A stretch of 64,000 nt of DNA from Diplonema japonicum. Taxonomy: Eukaryota; Protista; Euglenozoa: Diplonemea. The notes beneath the pieces were generated by a model. That model worked only from the letters and a program-made list of their open reading frames with translations, searched no databases and was not told the origin of the DNA. Position 1 is the stretch's first letter, and each line of letters starts with the position of its first letter. The stretch spans positions 186,001-250,000 of the forward strand of contig OZ025660.1 in NCBI GenBank assembly GCA_964019335.1. Reading direction: 5' to 3'. The position numbers and the translations under genes are program-made. Positions 1-12,415 of the stretch are shown here, in pieces.

Positions 1-608
1 GTGATTTTTTTTTTTTTCTTTTTATTTAATTCTGTAAAGTTACATCAGGGAATCCTGCAGAGAAACTAAAATCAGAAATCACTTTACCTCTTTGACGAGC
101 AAATGCAAAGTGCCGAATAAACGTAAAGCTAAATTTGGCTAAAGTAAACTAAATTTAATTTTTAACTCCGAGCGAATCTTAGGGGTTTTTTATAAGCAAA
201 AAAAACCTTAGCTGTATTTTTGCAGCTGTTTTCTTGGTGTCCGACTTTCCCTCACATAACTTACAAGAATTAAATAAAAATATCAATACCAAATAAGAAA
301 ATCAGGTAATCTGATTTGTATTAAGTAAATAGTCATTTTTCTTTTTTTTTTTCTTTTTTGGGTGAACAGACAGGATAGAAAATCAAGAAGAGGTCAAAAA
401 TCAAAAAAAAAAAAAAAAGAATAACGTGAATATCACACGACTCCCAACCAACGTACAAAAAAAAAAAAAAAAAAAAAAAAACTTCTTACTTTGTGTGTTA
501 CCTTGTGCCAGCACTCTTCATTGAAACGAGTGAAGTGAGTAACGACCTTAAAAAGAAAATATATGCACAATGTTTGGTTTTAACTCTGGCTCTCGTATAT
601 TTCTTTTT

Positions 609-1296
609 TTTTTATTTCACTCTTCAGAAATTACTTCACGCACTAGGGGGCCCATTATTTCACGCTAAATCTCATTACTTCACGGTGAAATAATGGCCTG
701 TTTTCCGTGAAGTAATAGGGGGTTTCCGGTAAATAATATGCCTTGGTAGGCCAATTTTTGCCTCGGTTCGGTTCCCAGTGGGGCTACTTTTTCCTTTCAG
801 TTTGCTAATTTCCCCCCAGGTTCAGCTCAATTGGCCAACTTTAGCTCAGTTCCAAGTTGGACTACTTTTTCCTCCCAATTTGCCCACTTTTGGCTAGGCC
901 TTGTTCCCAGTTTCTGGGGGTAACTCTTCTGCGGGTAAGGGTAACTTAGTCAGCTTACCCAAGCTCCCCGAAAGAATTCAAAATATCGAAGCAGCAGAAA
1001 AAAAGGAGCCAGCGGCCGCGCCAGGTATGAGAAGGCCTGATTAGAGATGGTCACAATGGCCAGCGACAGAGGCGGCTCTAGTCAACAAAAGGAGGAAAAA
1101 CAACTTGTATTGTAACCTTTGTTACCCCTCTTGTTGTACCCCTTGTCACCCCTTTGTGCCCCTCGTGGTGAAATAATTTCAGAGTGTCGTGAAATAAAAC
1201 CACTTACCTGCCGCCAAGTATGCGGGCCCTCGACGGTAAAATGCGGAACCTCGAGGTAACGGTAAAGTCATTACTTGTTGGCAGTAAATAGCTATT
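609..1296. mobile_element. Non-autonomous element copy 1: imperfect inverted repeats (611-651 / 1158-1199), internal degenerate tandem repeats, hairpin outside the right repeat (1204-1288); HINE/Helentron-like layout
   Basis: TTTATTTCAC..GAAATTACTTCAC..AGGGGGC at 611 is mirrored by GCCCCTCGTGGTGAAATAATTTC..GTGAAATAAA at 1158-1199. CTGCCGCCAAGTA pairs with TACTTGTTGGCAG. T-runs flank both ends. Homologous copy at 6811-7146. Confidence 0.6.
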
Positions 1297-1995
1297 TTTT
1301 TAAAACTCAAGCAAAAAGAACCTCACATGACGGGGAGAAGTGTAAGCAACGACCCACCAACAAAAAAGAAGAAGAAGAAGAAGAAAATAAAAGAGAGGGG
1401 GGAAAAAAAACTTTTTCTTTTTGTATCAAAAAAAATGGCTTCGCTCTGTTTCTTATTTAATTCGCTTCTAAATGTCTCTGAGACGTAATTGTTTTACAAC
1501 AAACCTCTGTTTGGGTAAACTTGGGTTTTCCTTTGAATATTCTTATGTTGGGGGTAGCTTGAACCCTCCTTGCAAGAGCAAAGCAAGAGGGGGATTAAAA
1601 AAAGCCAAGATATTAAAGAAAAAAATCACACGACCAAAGAGAAATGAAGTACAGTCCCATTCCCACTTCCCCCCCCCCCCCCCCCCTCTTTTTCGTCAAA
1701 GAACAAAAAAGATGTAAAAACTGGGAAAGAAAAAAAAGGGGGGGGGATTCGATGAAGTTTCAGTGTGCAGCAAGGGAGCACTTTTCAAAAAAGAGAAGGG
1801 GCACGGCATTTACGCAGTTTTCTTTTATTCGCGAAGGGGGGGGGGGGGGGGGGGGGAGAAGAGGCCGAGTTTATCCTTCTTGCAGAAAGGGTTAAAGCAG
1901 AATCGAGCGCCACCTCCCTGACTCTCAAAAACAATAATAAAAACCATCATTTCTTTTTTTTTTCTTTTTTTACAAATATTCCTCTCTGTGTGCGC

Positions 1996-2042
<47 letters not shown>

Positions 2043-2213
2043 GTTCCTTGATATAATACGCAGTTTTGCCCTGTATAAAAAACCTTTAAAAAAATATAGG
2101 CAAAAATATCGCCCAGCAGAGTTTTCCCGTCCTCCCCACCCTAAAAAGCTTAGTTTAACATAAAAAAAAATGAAAAAATGAAAGGTATAAAACTAAAAAA
2201 AAAAAAAAAAAAA

Positions 2214-2513
2214 CTCGATAAAATTTCAGTGTGCATGGAGGGTGCTCACTGAAAAAAAAAAAAAAAAAAAAAAAAAAAGGTAGTCTACGGTGGGTAGTAC
2301 AAGAGTAGCTTGTATATACACCACTGCATTTTCCCCCCTATTTCTCCCCTTTTTAAAAAATCGGTGTGTTTCTTAAAATCTGGGGGCATTTTTTTTTTCT
2401 TCTTTTGTTAAAAAATGCGTAATGATTTCCACTTCATATTTTAGGGTATTCTTTTAGAAGTGGGGGGGGGGGGGGCACTGAATTATCAGCAATTCTTTTT
2501 TAATTGTCCTAAT

Positions 2514-2567
<54 letters not shown>

Positions 2568-2601
2568 GATAAAATTTCAGTGTGCATGGGGGTGCTCACT
2601 G
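2214..2601 (-). repeat. Direct repeat of a ~38-nt stem-loop unit (2214-2251, 2565-2601)
   Basis: CTCGATAAAATTTCAGTGTGCATGG(A)GGGTGCTCACTG occurs twice, each after an A-run; CAGTG.GCA pairs with TGC.CACTG. Confidence 0.85.
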
Positions 2602-3558
2602 TTCAGGTAGAAATTCAAATAATAAAAAAAAAAAGGGGCGCGCGGCGGTGGAACTGACTTTATCAGTCTAAAAATCTCTATTTTTTTTTAAAAAAACTTC
2701 CTTTTCTCTTTCTTCAAGTGAAATGCGGTATCAATTGAAAATCAAAAGAAACAGGGCGCTGGTATCACGTGAAGCATTTTAAAAAAAAGAGGAAAAAAAA
2801 AGGAAAATTTCTTTAAAAACCTCACTTTGGCCTTTTTTGTCTCCCCACCGTTTTTTATTTCGACAAAAATCTTCCTTTTTTTGTTTTACTTGAGATCCCA
2901 AAAAAAAAAAAAAAAGAAGAAAAAAAAAAAAAAAAACGAATCACGTTTCTTACGTTGTCTTTTTGTTTGTACTAAGAAAAAAAAATACAGAGCAGCAAAA
3001 AAAAAAAAAAGAAAGAAAAAAAAAAAAGAAAAAAAAAACATAAAGTGAATGACTGAGAGTAAACTGTGAAATAAACATTGTGGTTTAAGAATATAAAAAA
3101 AATATAAAAAAAACGTAGAGAAGCACCACAAAAAGCTTCTACGAGTATAGAATAAAGAAAGGAGGGGGGTTACCCCAGTTTTTTCTGATGAAGTTCCACG
3201 AAAAAAAAATATTAAAAGTGAAGAACTCTTGGTGCAACTTTCAAGATTTGCCTTTCTTCTTTTGTTTTCTTTTTTTTTTTTGTTTTGTTTTGTTTTGTTT
3301 TTGCCTCGCTGTTCCCCCCCAAATGTGCTTTAGTTCCCCACTAAGGAAAACTGCGTCTTTCTCGCCCTTCCTTCTTTCTTGCTTTCTTTCCTTTCTCGTT
3401 TCTTAGGTGGCGTTTTTTTTTTTTTTTTTTTTTTCCTCTTCTTTTCCCACGGGTGGGGGCGCAGCACGACGCCAAATAACGTACATTTCTCCCCTCGTTC
3501 TCCTTCTTCTTTTTTTTTTTTTTTTTTTCCAGGAAAAGGAGGGAGAGGTAGGGGGGAG

Positions 3559-3618
<60 letters not shown>

Positions 3619-3627
3619 AAGGGCCCT

Positions 3628-4038
3628 TCAGTTCTTCGATTCGGCTGTAACCTTGTACCTGTGGATATGTGTTTTAGTACAGGTTGTGTTCTTGCAGTTG
3701 CCGGTAGCAAACGCCCTGCATCTTTTGAGGTTCGCTGCTCCAACTTTCCATTTTTCCTGACAGCTGCGGCATCGCAGTGTCATGCAACCCTTTTTTGCAC
3801 GAATGTTGTCCCAAGTGTTGTGGCCGCAAGGTGGGGCTGCAAGATTCTTCGCTGTGGGCTTTGAGATCTCTTCTTGAACCTCACTAGCGGTTTCTGAAGA
3901 AAGCGCCTCAGAGGAACAGAATTCATCTCCGCTGCTGCTCAATATCATATCTACTTCGTCCTCATTCAGTGCATATACACCTTCGTTCCATTCTGCGGTG
4001 ACGTGAAAAACAGTTTCCCAGGACAGTAGCTCGCACAT
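3628..4038 (-). CDS. Small zinc-ribbon plus CCCH-type zinc-finger protein (136 aa), paralog A
   Basis: Complex part of ORF 3628..4479 starts MCELLSWE at ATG 4038. Motifs PPCGHNTWDN..LRCRSCQ..W and C-x7-C-x4-C-x3-H. Clear paralog at 12416-12829. Confidence 0.85.
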   Translation of the reverse strand: MCELLSWETVFHVTAEWNEGVYALNEDEVDMILSSSGDEFCSSEALSSETASEVQEEISKPTAKNLAAPPCGHNTWDNIRAKKGCMTLRCRSCQEKWKVGAANLKRCRAFATGNCKNTTCTKTHIHRYKVTAESKN

Positions 4039-5660
4039 CTTATTTGGTCTCTTTTTTTTTCTTTCTTTTTTTTTTTTTTCCTTCTCCCGTGTAAATAAAG
4101 AAGAAAACGAACTGTAGGTACATTGTGGTTTCCCCCTTTGTTTTGGTAAGAAATAAAAATAAAAAAGGAAAATAAAAAAAAAAATAAAATAAAAAATAGA
4201 AGTATATATAGGAGCGGTAGCGATAGAATGACGTGGGGGGAGATGAGGAGAGGGGAGTGTTTCTTTTTTTTTGTTTTCTTTTTTTTTTTTTTTTTTCAAA
4301 TCATGCACTTTTTTAGTCAATTGACGAACGGCGCCGCCAAAAAGTTCCAAAAGGTTAACAGTGGGGAGGGGGGAAAGAAAAACAAAAAAGCATTCACAAA
4401 AAGAAGGAGGGGAGGGGGGGGGGGGGGGGGGGGGGCTAGTAACGAAACCCTTTCGCCACGAAAAAAAATAAGAAAACATATAAAAAAAAAAACAAAACTA
4501 AAAATAATTAGATTTAAAAAAAAAAAAGAGGGGTGACGGTGGTGACGGAAAAAAAAAAAAAAAGAAGAAGAAGAAGACAAAAAAAAAGGAAAAGAAGAAC
4601 GTTAAGCCGCAATTTTTCATACTTCTCTTTTCTCTGTTAAAAAAGAAGAAAGAAGTTGGAATAGAAAATCACGTTGCTAATTGTCCTCCCCCCCCCCTTC
4701 TCATTAAAAAACACACCTGAAGAGCAAGCTATGGTGAAAAGGATGGCTCCCAGGGAGAACTGCCATTGTGGGTTTGGGTTTATCTAAGGATCACACAAAA
4801 AAAAAAATCAACAAATAATAAAATCACTCCCATTTTGAGCACATCACCGGAGGGTCAAACCATCACGTGGAAAAGACGGGGGGGAAAATATAAATATATT
4901 CCACCTCGTGGTTTAAACCCTATGTCATTTATTTTTTTCTTTTATTTTTTGTGGATCCCTAGGTAAACTTTTCGTTCTTAGCTACGAGCAGTAAAAAAAA
5001 AAGCGGGGGGGGGGGGAAACAAAAATATATATAAAATATAAATATAATAGTACGTATAAAAAAAATTAAAATAAAACTTATTAAAAAAAGGGGGAAGAAG
5101 TGCCAGCAACACCCAGGAGACTCTTGAAAGCACCCCGTTCCCATAAAGAGGAAACAATAGCTAGACTTGGTACTGTTAAAGAAAACGGGGGAATAATGGG
5201 TGAAAAAAAAATTCTTTTTTTTTTTTTTTTTTGAATTCGTGTTTTATATTATTTTATGCGACAATCTTTTGAAAAAAGTGTGCTTTTATTTCTTGACAAA
5301 TTCTGTAATAATGACCATATAAGAGACAAATGAGGCCAGTGTTGTGGTGGCGCCTGCACAAGCACTGTCTACTTGATTACATATAGGGGGCGCACCTCAG
5401 CCAAACTCGGGTTCTCAAGGACATCAAAAAAAAAAGGGGGGAAAGGGGAGGGGTCCGAATTATAAAATAGCAATGAACTAAAGGCCCGGAAAATAAAAAA
5501 GCTGCGTGACTGACAAAAAAAACCAAACCCCACTCATTTCTGGGGTGGCTTCTTTTTTTCCTTTCTTTTCTTTTTTTTTTTTTTTTTTTTTTTTTGCCAA
5601 AGGGAGTAATTTAACTTTAGAAAAAGAAAAAAAAAAAGAAAAACTTATATATATGAGTTA

Positions 5661-5871
5661 AAGGAGGCCGGTGTTGGCGGCGCCCTGCACAAGAACTGTC
5701 TACTTGATTACAGGGGGCGCGCCGCGGCCGAGTTGTAGCTTCTTCTGCGTTCCGCGTCGTGTCCTTAATGCGTGCGGTGTACAGCTCAACCCCAGCCGGT
5801 GCGTCCCGGGTAACCAAGATTCTGCGCTCGTGCAGTTAGCTGCCTGTTCGTCACCCTGAGCATCTGCATTA
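5661..5871 (-). mobile_element. ~210-bp GC-rich interspersed repeat, family 1 (probable retroposon 3' fragment or SINE-like)
   Basis: Two substitutions versus 48261-48471; a degenerate shorter copy at ~5333-5400 shares the same end. Strand is inferred. Confidence 0.8.
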
Positions 5872-6043
5872 ACTTACAAAAAAAAATAGACAACAACAAT
5901 TTAAAAAAAAAAGTTTCAGTGTGCAGCTATAAGAAGAAAAAAACATAGTAAAGTGGCCTCCCTCCCTAATATAAAACCAAAAAAAAAAGAAAAAGAAAAC
6001 CTATTATAACCCTTAAAAAGGACAGCTGATTTATCAGCTTTTC

Positions 6044-6084
<41 letters not shown>

Positions 6085-6810
6085 CATTACACCCACGTGT
6101 CCAAGAAGCCATGGGCGCGTGTTGTATATTCCAAGAGGGCTGCCTCCTATTAAACAGGGAGGCTCGTATATTTTCTTCCTTTTTTTTCTTTTTCTTTTTT
6201 TTTTTTTTTTTTTTGCCCAAGGAAATGAGGAGCAAGCTCCTACAGGTTACTACTGTTCCTGTGTTTATTTTTTTTTTAAGGGGCTTTTCTTTTTTTTTTT
6301 TTTTTTTTAAAGAAAGGATATATAAGCCGGCGTAGTCTACAAACGAAACTAAACAAAACAAAAAAACAAAAACAAAAAAGCCCCTTTTTGATAATGCAAC
6401 AAAATTGACAAAAAAAAAAAAAAAAAAAAAAAAAGGGAAGTGATTCAGACTCTTTGTTGCTGGCGGTGATGCCGAAAGAGACAAAAGCATCGCGGGGCAC
6501 CATACCCTGAAAGAAAACAATGCCGCCAATTTCCCGGTTTACAGTATCGAGGCTTTTTAACAGAGACCTAGTGTTTGTGACCGTACCCTGTTTGAGTAAT
6601 TTCAAACAAAAAAGCGGGGTGGGGGGGGGGGGTGAATTGTAATCTAGAACCTCCTCATTCCTTCCCACTCCCAAAGGGAAAGAGAATAAATGGGGCTTGC
6701 TAGCAACCTATGGTCGTCGGGGGGGAAGGGGGGGGGGGACTGGGTAATATTATACTATTAGCATCATCGGCGTTTTTTTATTTATTTATTTTTATTTTTT
6801 TTATTTTCTT

Positions 6811-7146
6811 AATTTCACTCTTCGTTAATTTCTTCACTAAGGGCCTGTGGAAAAAAAAAAATGTACCCAATTCCTTGAAAATCTTTTTTTGGGGGTGCGG
6901 TATTCTGAATATTTAGGGAGATCCCCAAAGAAAGCTGACCCGTGTGAGGAAAACAGCAGCGAAAGCAGTGAAGAGTGAGTGACTCAAATGACGAAGAGTG
7001 AAATAAAACGACCTACTTGCCGCCAAATGAGCCATTATTTAACACTCGTTACTGTTCTTTTGCACGAGGGCCCTGCAGGGCCCTCTTGCAAAAGAATCGG
7101 AAACTCGAGAAAAATAATGACTCATAATTTGTTGGCAATAAATAGC
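6811..7146. mobile_element. Non-autonomous element copy 2 (short): 13-bp inverted repeats plus ~130-nt foldback hairpin
   Basis: TTTCACTCTTCGT (6813-6825) and ACGAAGAGTGAAA (6991-7003). Hairpin 7015-7140 is centred on the palindrome GAGGGCCCTGCAGGGCCCTC. Ends TAAATAGC plus a T-rich run, like copy 1. Confidence 0.65.
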
Positions 7147-7508
7147 TTTTTTTTCCTTTTTTTTTTTTTTTTTTTCCTTTTTTTTTTTTTCTCCCTTCTT
7201 CTTCTCCTTTCAACAAAAACTCTATAACCTTGTGTGGCGACAGTTCGCCCTCTTATTGATTTTTTTTTCTACAGATAAAAAAAAAAAAAAAAAAATTGCT
7301 CCCTTCCCCCCACGGCTAAGGACAGGCTATAGCCGCAAGCAAACAATCGACAGTTTGGAAGCAAGACTTCTTGAGGCAAGTTATTTTTGTTGCTTTCTAA
7401 AAGATTCTGCCTAAAAAAAACAAGAAGTCCAGCCCCCATAACTACTTTTTGTAGAATCTGAGCCTTCATAGGGGCTGCCCTCTTCATGGGGTAAAGGAAG
7501 CAACTGGG

Positions 7509-7555
<47 letters not shown>

Positions 7556-8745
7556 AATGAGCTCAAAAAAAAAAACTAGTTTTACCCAATCCTATTTTTT
7601 TTTTTTTTTTTTTCTTCTTCTTCTTTTTTCTTGCCGCCCCTTTTCTTTTTTTATTTTTATACTGTTGCCATATCAGCAGGCCGCCTCAAGGGGTGGGGCA
7701 TGGGCCTGATCTTCTTCAGGTGATATATAAAAAGAAAAATAAAAAAATAAAAAAAAAGGAAAACTTCCGTTTTCGTGGAAAAACATGAGGTGGAGTTACT
7801 AAAAAATCTTTTTTTCTTTCTTCTTCTCATCTTGGTACTGTTAGCTTTCTGCCGGAATGTCACCGCAGCACACTGACTAGTGCATTTGTGAGGATGTAGC
7901 ATATTTCTGCGAGAGGGGGAAAAGAAAAAGATTCTAAGCACAAACTCCACACCCCACGTTTCCGCGAAGTGGAGGGAAAAAGGAGATAGAGATAGAGAGG
8001 GATAAGGGGGGAGAGGGCAGGGGGGGAGAGAGGAACAATAAAATACTTCTTTAAAAAAAAAAAAGCGGGGGGTGCAAAAACAAGCAGGAGCAGAGGTTTT
8101 TTTTTTTAATCCTGCCTGGTTTTACTCCCTTTTTTTTTTTTTTTTACAGAAAAGAGGATGTAGATAGATAGAAAATGTAAAGAAAAAAAATATATATAAT
8201 AATATGCGACAAAATAAAATTGATAAAAATACCCCGGGGGTGATACTTTGCATCTACCGACTTTCTTTTTTCTTTTTTCTTCTTCAAAAAAAAAATATTC
8301 AGGAAGGCTCGTGCCCTTCCGCACCCTTTTTGGAACCGCAAAATGAGGCTCCAAAAAAAAAAAAAAAAGGGTGTAACGGCTCGAGATAGTTCCTTCATTA
8401 AATAAAAAAAAAAATGGTCTAAATGTTCTTTTCTTGTTTCTCCTTCCCCCTTTCTTTACCCGAATGGTGTGCACTTCTACCTAGAATAGAAAAAGAAGAA
8501 AAAGGGGAAACAAGACAAATGGATAAAACTCCCCCCCCCGTTTTTTTGTGAGTTCAGCAAAAAAAATTACAAGATAATTCGTTCTTTTTCTTTTTTTACT
8601 AATTCCCCCCCCCCCCCCCCCCCCCCCGCTTCCTTTTCGTTCGAATACTCACTCAACGTTAAAAGAAAAATAATAATAAAAAAAATCTGCCTCTGACAAC
8701 CCAAGGATTGAATTATTGGAGGAACTAATTTTGGTGTGTGTGTGT

Positions 8746-8784
<39 letters not shown>

Positions 8785-8906
8785 AATATTTTCTGAGGGT
8801 AAGCTGTTTCATTTTTTTTTTTTACCCTCTCTTTTTAATGGTTTAAAAAGACGGGTTCACCTTTGAAAAAGAATGAGTAATGAAAAGAAAAACATAGGAT
8901 AGATGG

Positions 8907-8948
<42 letters not shown>

Positions 8949-10481
8949 GACGAAGCGACGGGACTATCGTTTAATGGCATCATATCTAGTGTACTCCACC
9001 TCACGCTGTGTCTCTCTTTTGAGACAAATCTGAGATATTATTTATTATGCTTTTTAAAAAAATAAATCATTCTTTTTTGTGATTGGGTCCCATTTATCTT
9101 CTTCTTTTTTTTTTTTCTTTCTTTCTTTCAGAAATTATGGGAATAAGTTCTTTTTTTTTTTTTTTTTTTACGCAAAGAATATGAATCAACTGCGTTACAG
9201 CCTTTTCTTTCCTCCTTCAAAAAAAAAAAAAATCTTTCTTTTAAAAACTTCTGAAAAAAACTACTAGAAAAAGATTTCTTGCCTAGTATGTTCACAATCT
9301 CCACTGACCTCGCGGCATAGTCGTGGATGGTTACTGACCGCAAAGAAAATCCGAAAAACATCTCGCACCCCCATCCATAATCTATGATTTTTCGTATTTT
9401 AAATATGAAGAAGGGCGGTACTTGTCAAAATAATATCCAGAAATCTTTTTTTTTTCTTTTTTTTTTTTTTGAATTGAAAGTATTTTCCCCACAACTTCTC
9501 TTTTTTTTTTTGTCATACATCCTAAACAAAAGGGGGGGGGGGGGGTCTCTTTCCGAAGAAAGTAAAAAGATTAATGTGGGATTTATGTGTCAGAGGTGGG
9601 GGGGGGGGGGGGAAGATATCATGCCAACCTTACCATTTTTCTGCGAAATCAAGTAAGGTTGCTTGCGTCTGGTTCTTGGGGTGTTTTTTTTTGTTTTTTT
9701 TTTTTTTTTTTTTTTTTGATGGTCATCTTAAACTTTAAAAAAAAACTGTGAAGAGAAAAAATGCTGGTCCAAACTGTACTTTAAAAGGGAGGTCAAAGCC
9801 GCAGCAAAATGCTAACCAGCCCGTCACCTTAATTGACTCGCTCAGCTAGAAAAAAGGGTGTCGCAACACACCCTCAACCCGACCAAGTGTCAAAAAATAA
9901 CCTATCCCTAATAAATTCCCAAAAAAAACTATTTTGTTAGTCCGGACACCTTCTTTTTTTTTTTTTTTTTTTTTTTTCTTTTTCCAATTTTACAATGCCA
10001 TTGTTGAACGACCTTACATATTAGAGAGTGGGAGGAGAAAAGGAAGGTGCAAACTGCACCCTGTCTTTCTTTTGGGCGGGAGCACAAAAAAAAAAAAAGA
10101 GGAAACGAAACACCAGTTCTATTTTTTTTTTCTTCTTCTTTTTTTTTCTTTTTTTTTTTTTTTTATAGCTCCATTGTCCATGCCTTTACGGAGTAACAAG
10201 CGAGCTACCTCACACCGGGCGCCTCCTAGAAAAGTCAAGGGAAAGTGTGGTGAGGAGTCTCACCCCACTCTGCCCTGCAACACAAAGAGACGGGATTACT
10301 GTTTTTATTCCCATGTGTGTTATGGGGGAAAAAGTAAGGGAGAAATAAAAAACCATAAAAAAAAAAGCTGTTTCTCCTCACGCACCCTCCTTATATATAA
10401 ATATTTTTTTTTTTTTCAAATTTAAAAAAAGAGGGAGGGAGGCGGGGGGTGGGGAACACACGCACGTGTGATCAAAACAAA

Positions 10482-10519
<38 letters not shown>

Positions 10520-11262
10520 AAGATTTCTATTTTTAAAAAAAATTATTCTCTTGTTTCTTTTTTTTTTTTTCTTTTTTTCCTTTTTTTTTTCCTCCCCCAC
10601 CCACACTCCTCTGAAAACAAAAAAAGACGCCAAAAACTCAGTAAAAAATCTTTTTTTTTTTTTTGTATGAAGGAGAAAGAGGGGGAGCATAAAAAAAAGG
10701 GGGGAATGGACAAATTAACAAGTTCAAAATAAAGGCGGGGGTGGGGGGATGGTGTAATCCAAATAAAAAAGCTTCTTAATTAATTATTACCCGACATCGT
10801 GAAGAACTTACAAAAAAGAAAAAAAAAAAAAAAAAAAGGCCACCTTGTTGCCATGAATAAGCACCCACTGAACAAGATAGCCAGCAGGATACTAAAAAGA
10901 AAGTTGGGATTTCAAAAAAAGTGGGGGCTAGTCAATAGAGCGAGAAACGAACGGGGGAAAAAAAAATCAATTTTCATACTTAAGCTTCACGCACAGAGAG
11001 ATGGGGTAAAAAAAGGAGGGGGGGGATCCACAATATTTTATTCTTTTAATTTCATCTTTACCTGTAGAAGGAACTAGCCCCAAGCAATGCTACTCACTAC
11101 TTCAAAATTACCATTTGTTAGCTGACTTTACAGGGCACAGGTATGTAAAATCAACTAACGGAGCCTTAGGAGATATGACATTCTTTTTTTTTTTCTCCTT
11201 CTTCTTCAGTACTGACAAAGGTATTCTTTTTCTACTGGTTTTACAAAAAAAAAAGGGGTACT

Positions 11263-11293
<31 letters not shown>

Positions 11294-12172
11294 GTTCTTC
11301 TTTCTTCCCCAGTGTATGGAGGGGATCATGTAAAAAAAAAGAAAGAAAAAGAAAAAACTGTCTTTTAAGCTTTTCTCCCCCACGGCGTTTTTTGTTGTGA
11401 ACTATTTCATCGCTGCACAGCACAAACGCCACAGGGGGGATAAAAGGAAAAAAGACAACAACTATCGAGGATTACTTCCGCATTTTTTTTTTTTTTTTTT
11501 GTAATTCTTTTTTTTTTCTTTTTTCTTCTTCTTTAATTTGTTCTTTATTGTAGTAAACTTATTCCCCCCCTCCCTTCCATGTTCCCTTCAAACAGGTATT
11601 TATTCTTTCTCTTTTTCTTTTTTTTTTTTTTTTTTTTGTAGGACAAATGGCAAGGAAGGACAGATAATTATAGGGAATGAAATGAATAAATAAATAAATA
11701 AAATAAGAAAAAACGAAAACCAAAAATATAGCTTAGCCGAGGTCATTTTTTTTCTGTTTTCTTTTTTTTTTTTCTTTCTTTTAACGCACATAAAATTCTT
11801 TTTTTTTTCTCGAGAGAAACTAAAAAAGGTGCTACAAAAAAAAGTAGGGGGGGGTAAGGTTTAATATCAAAAGAGGGGGGGAAAGGAGGGCAAAGTCAAA
11901 GAAGAAATGAGCGAGAAAACCATCGGTCACTCCTCCCCATGACAAAACACCACTCCAGGGAAGAAAAAAAAAAAAAAGCGCTCCGGGTTAACAGAAAAGG
12001 GGAGGGAGAATTTTGGTAATATCCGTGAATATGAAAAAAAATGAAAATCTTGAAAAGAATTTTTCTTTATTGTTGCATGCAAGTTTGTTTAGATTTGGGT
12101 TGTTTTTAAGTAAAATTGAAAAGGCGAGAGACAGGTCAACCTTTCTTTTCACCTTTTCTTTACTTCGTTGTT

Positions 12173-12205
<33 letters not shown>

Positions 12206-12415
12206 TTTGCTTGGGTAAAAAAAAAAAAAAAAAAATACAAAAAGGGGGTAGGGTAGGCCGATAAAAAATGCACTGATCCCATTTTTTTTTTCTCCCCCTC
12301 AACACAAAAAAAAAAGGGGAGAAAAAAAAAAAAAAAAAAAAAGCGAGAGGACATCAGCTTTATTTTTTTTTTTTTTTTTTTTTTTTTCTTTTCTCTCTTT
12401 TTCTGTTCGACATAA

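Noticed and set aside
1275-12354. Dozens of short poly-K/F/G/P ORFs (also 31000-34700 and other spacers)
   Set aside because: They are translations of homopolymer runs with no coding-like composition.
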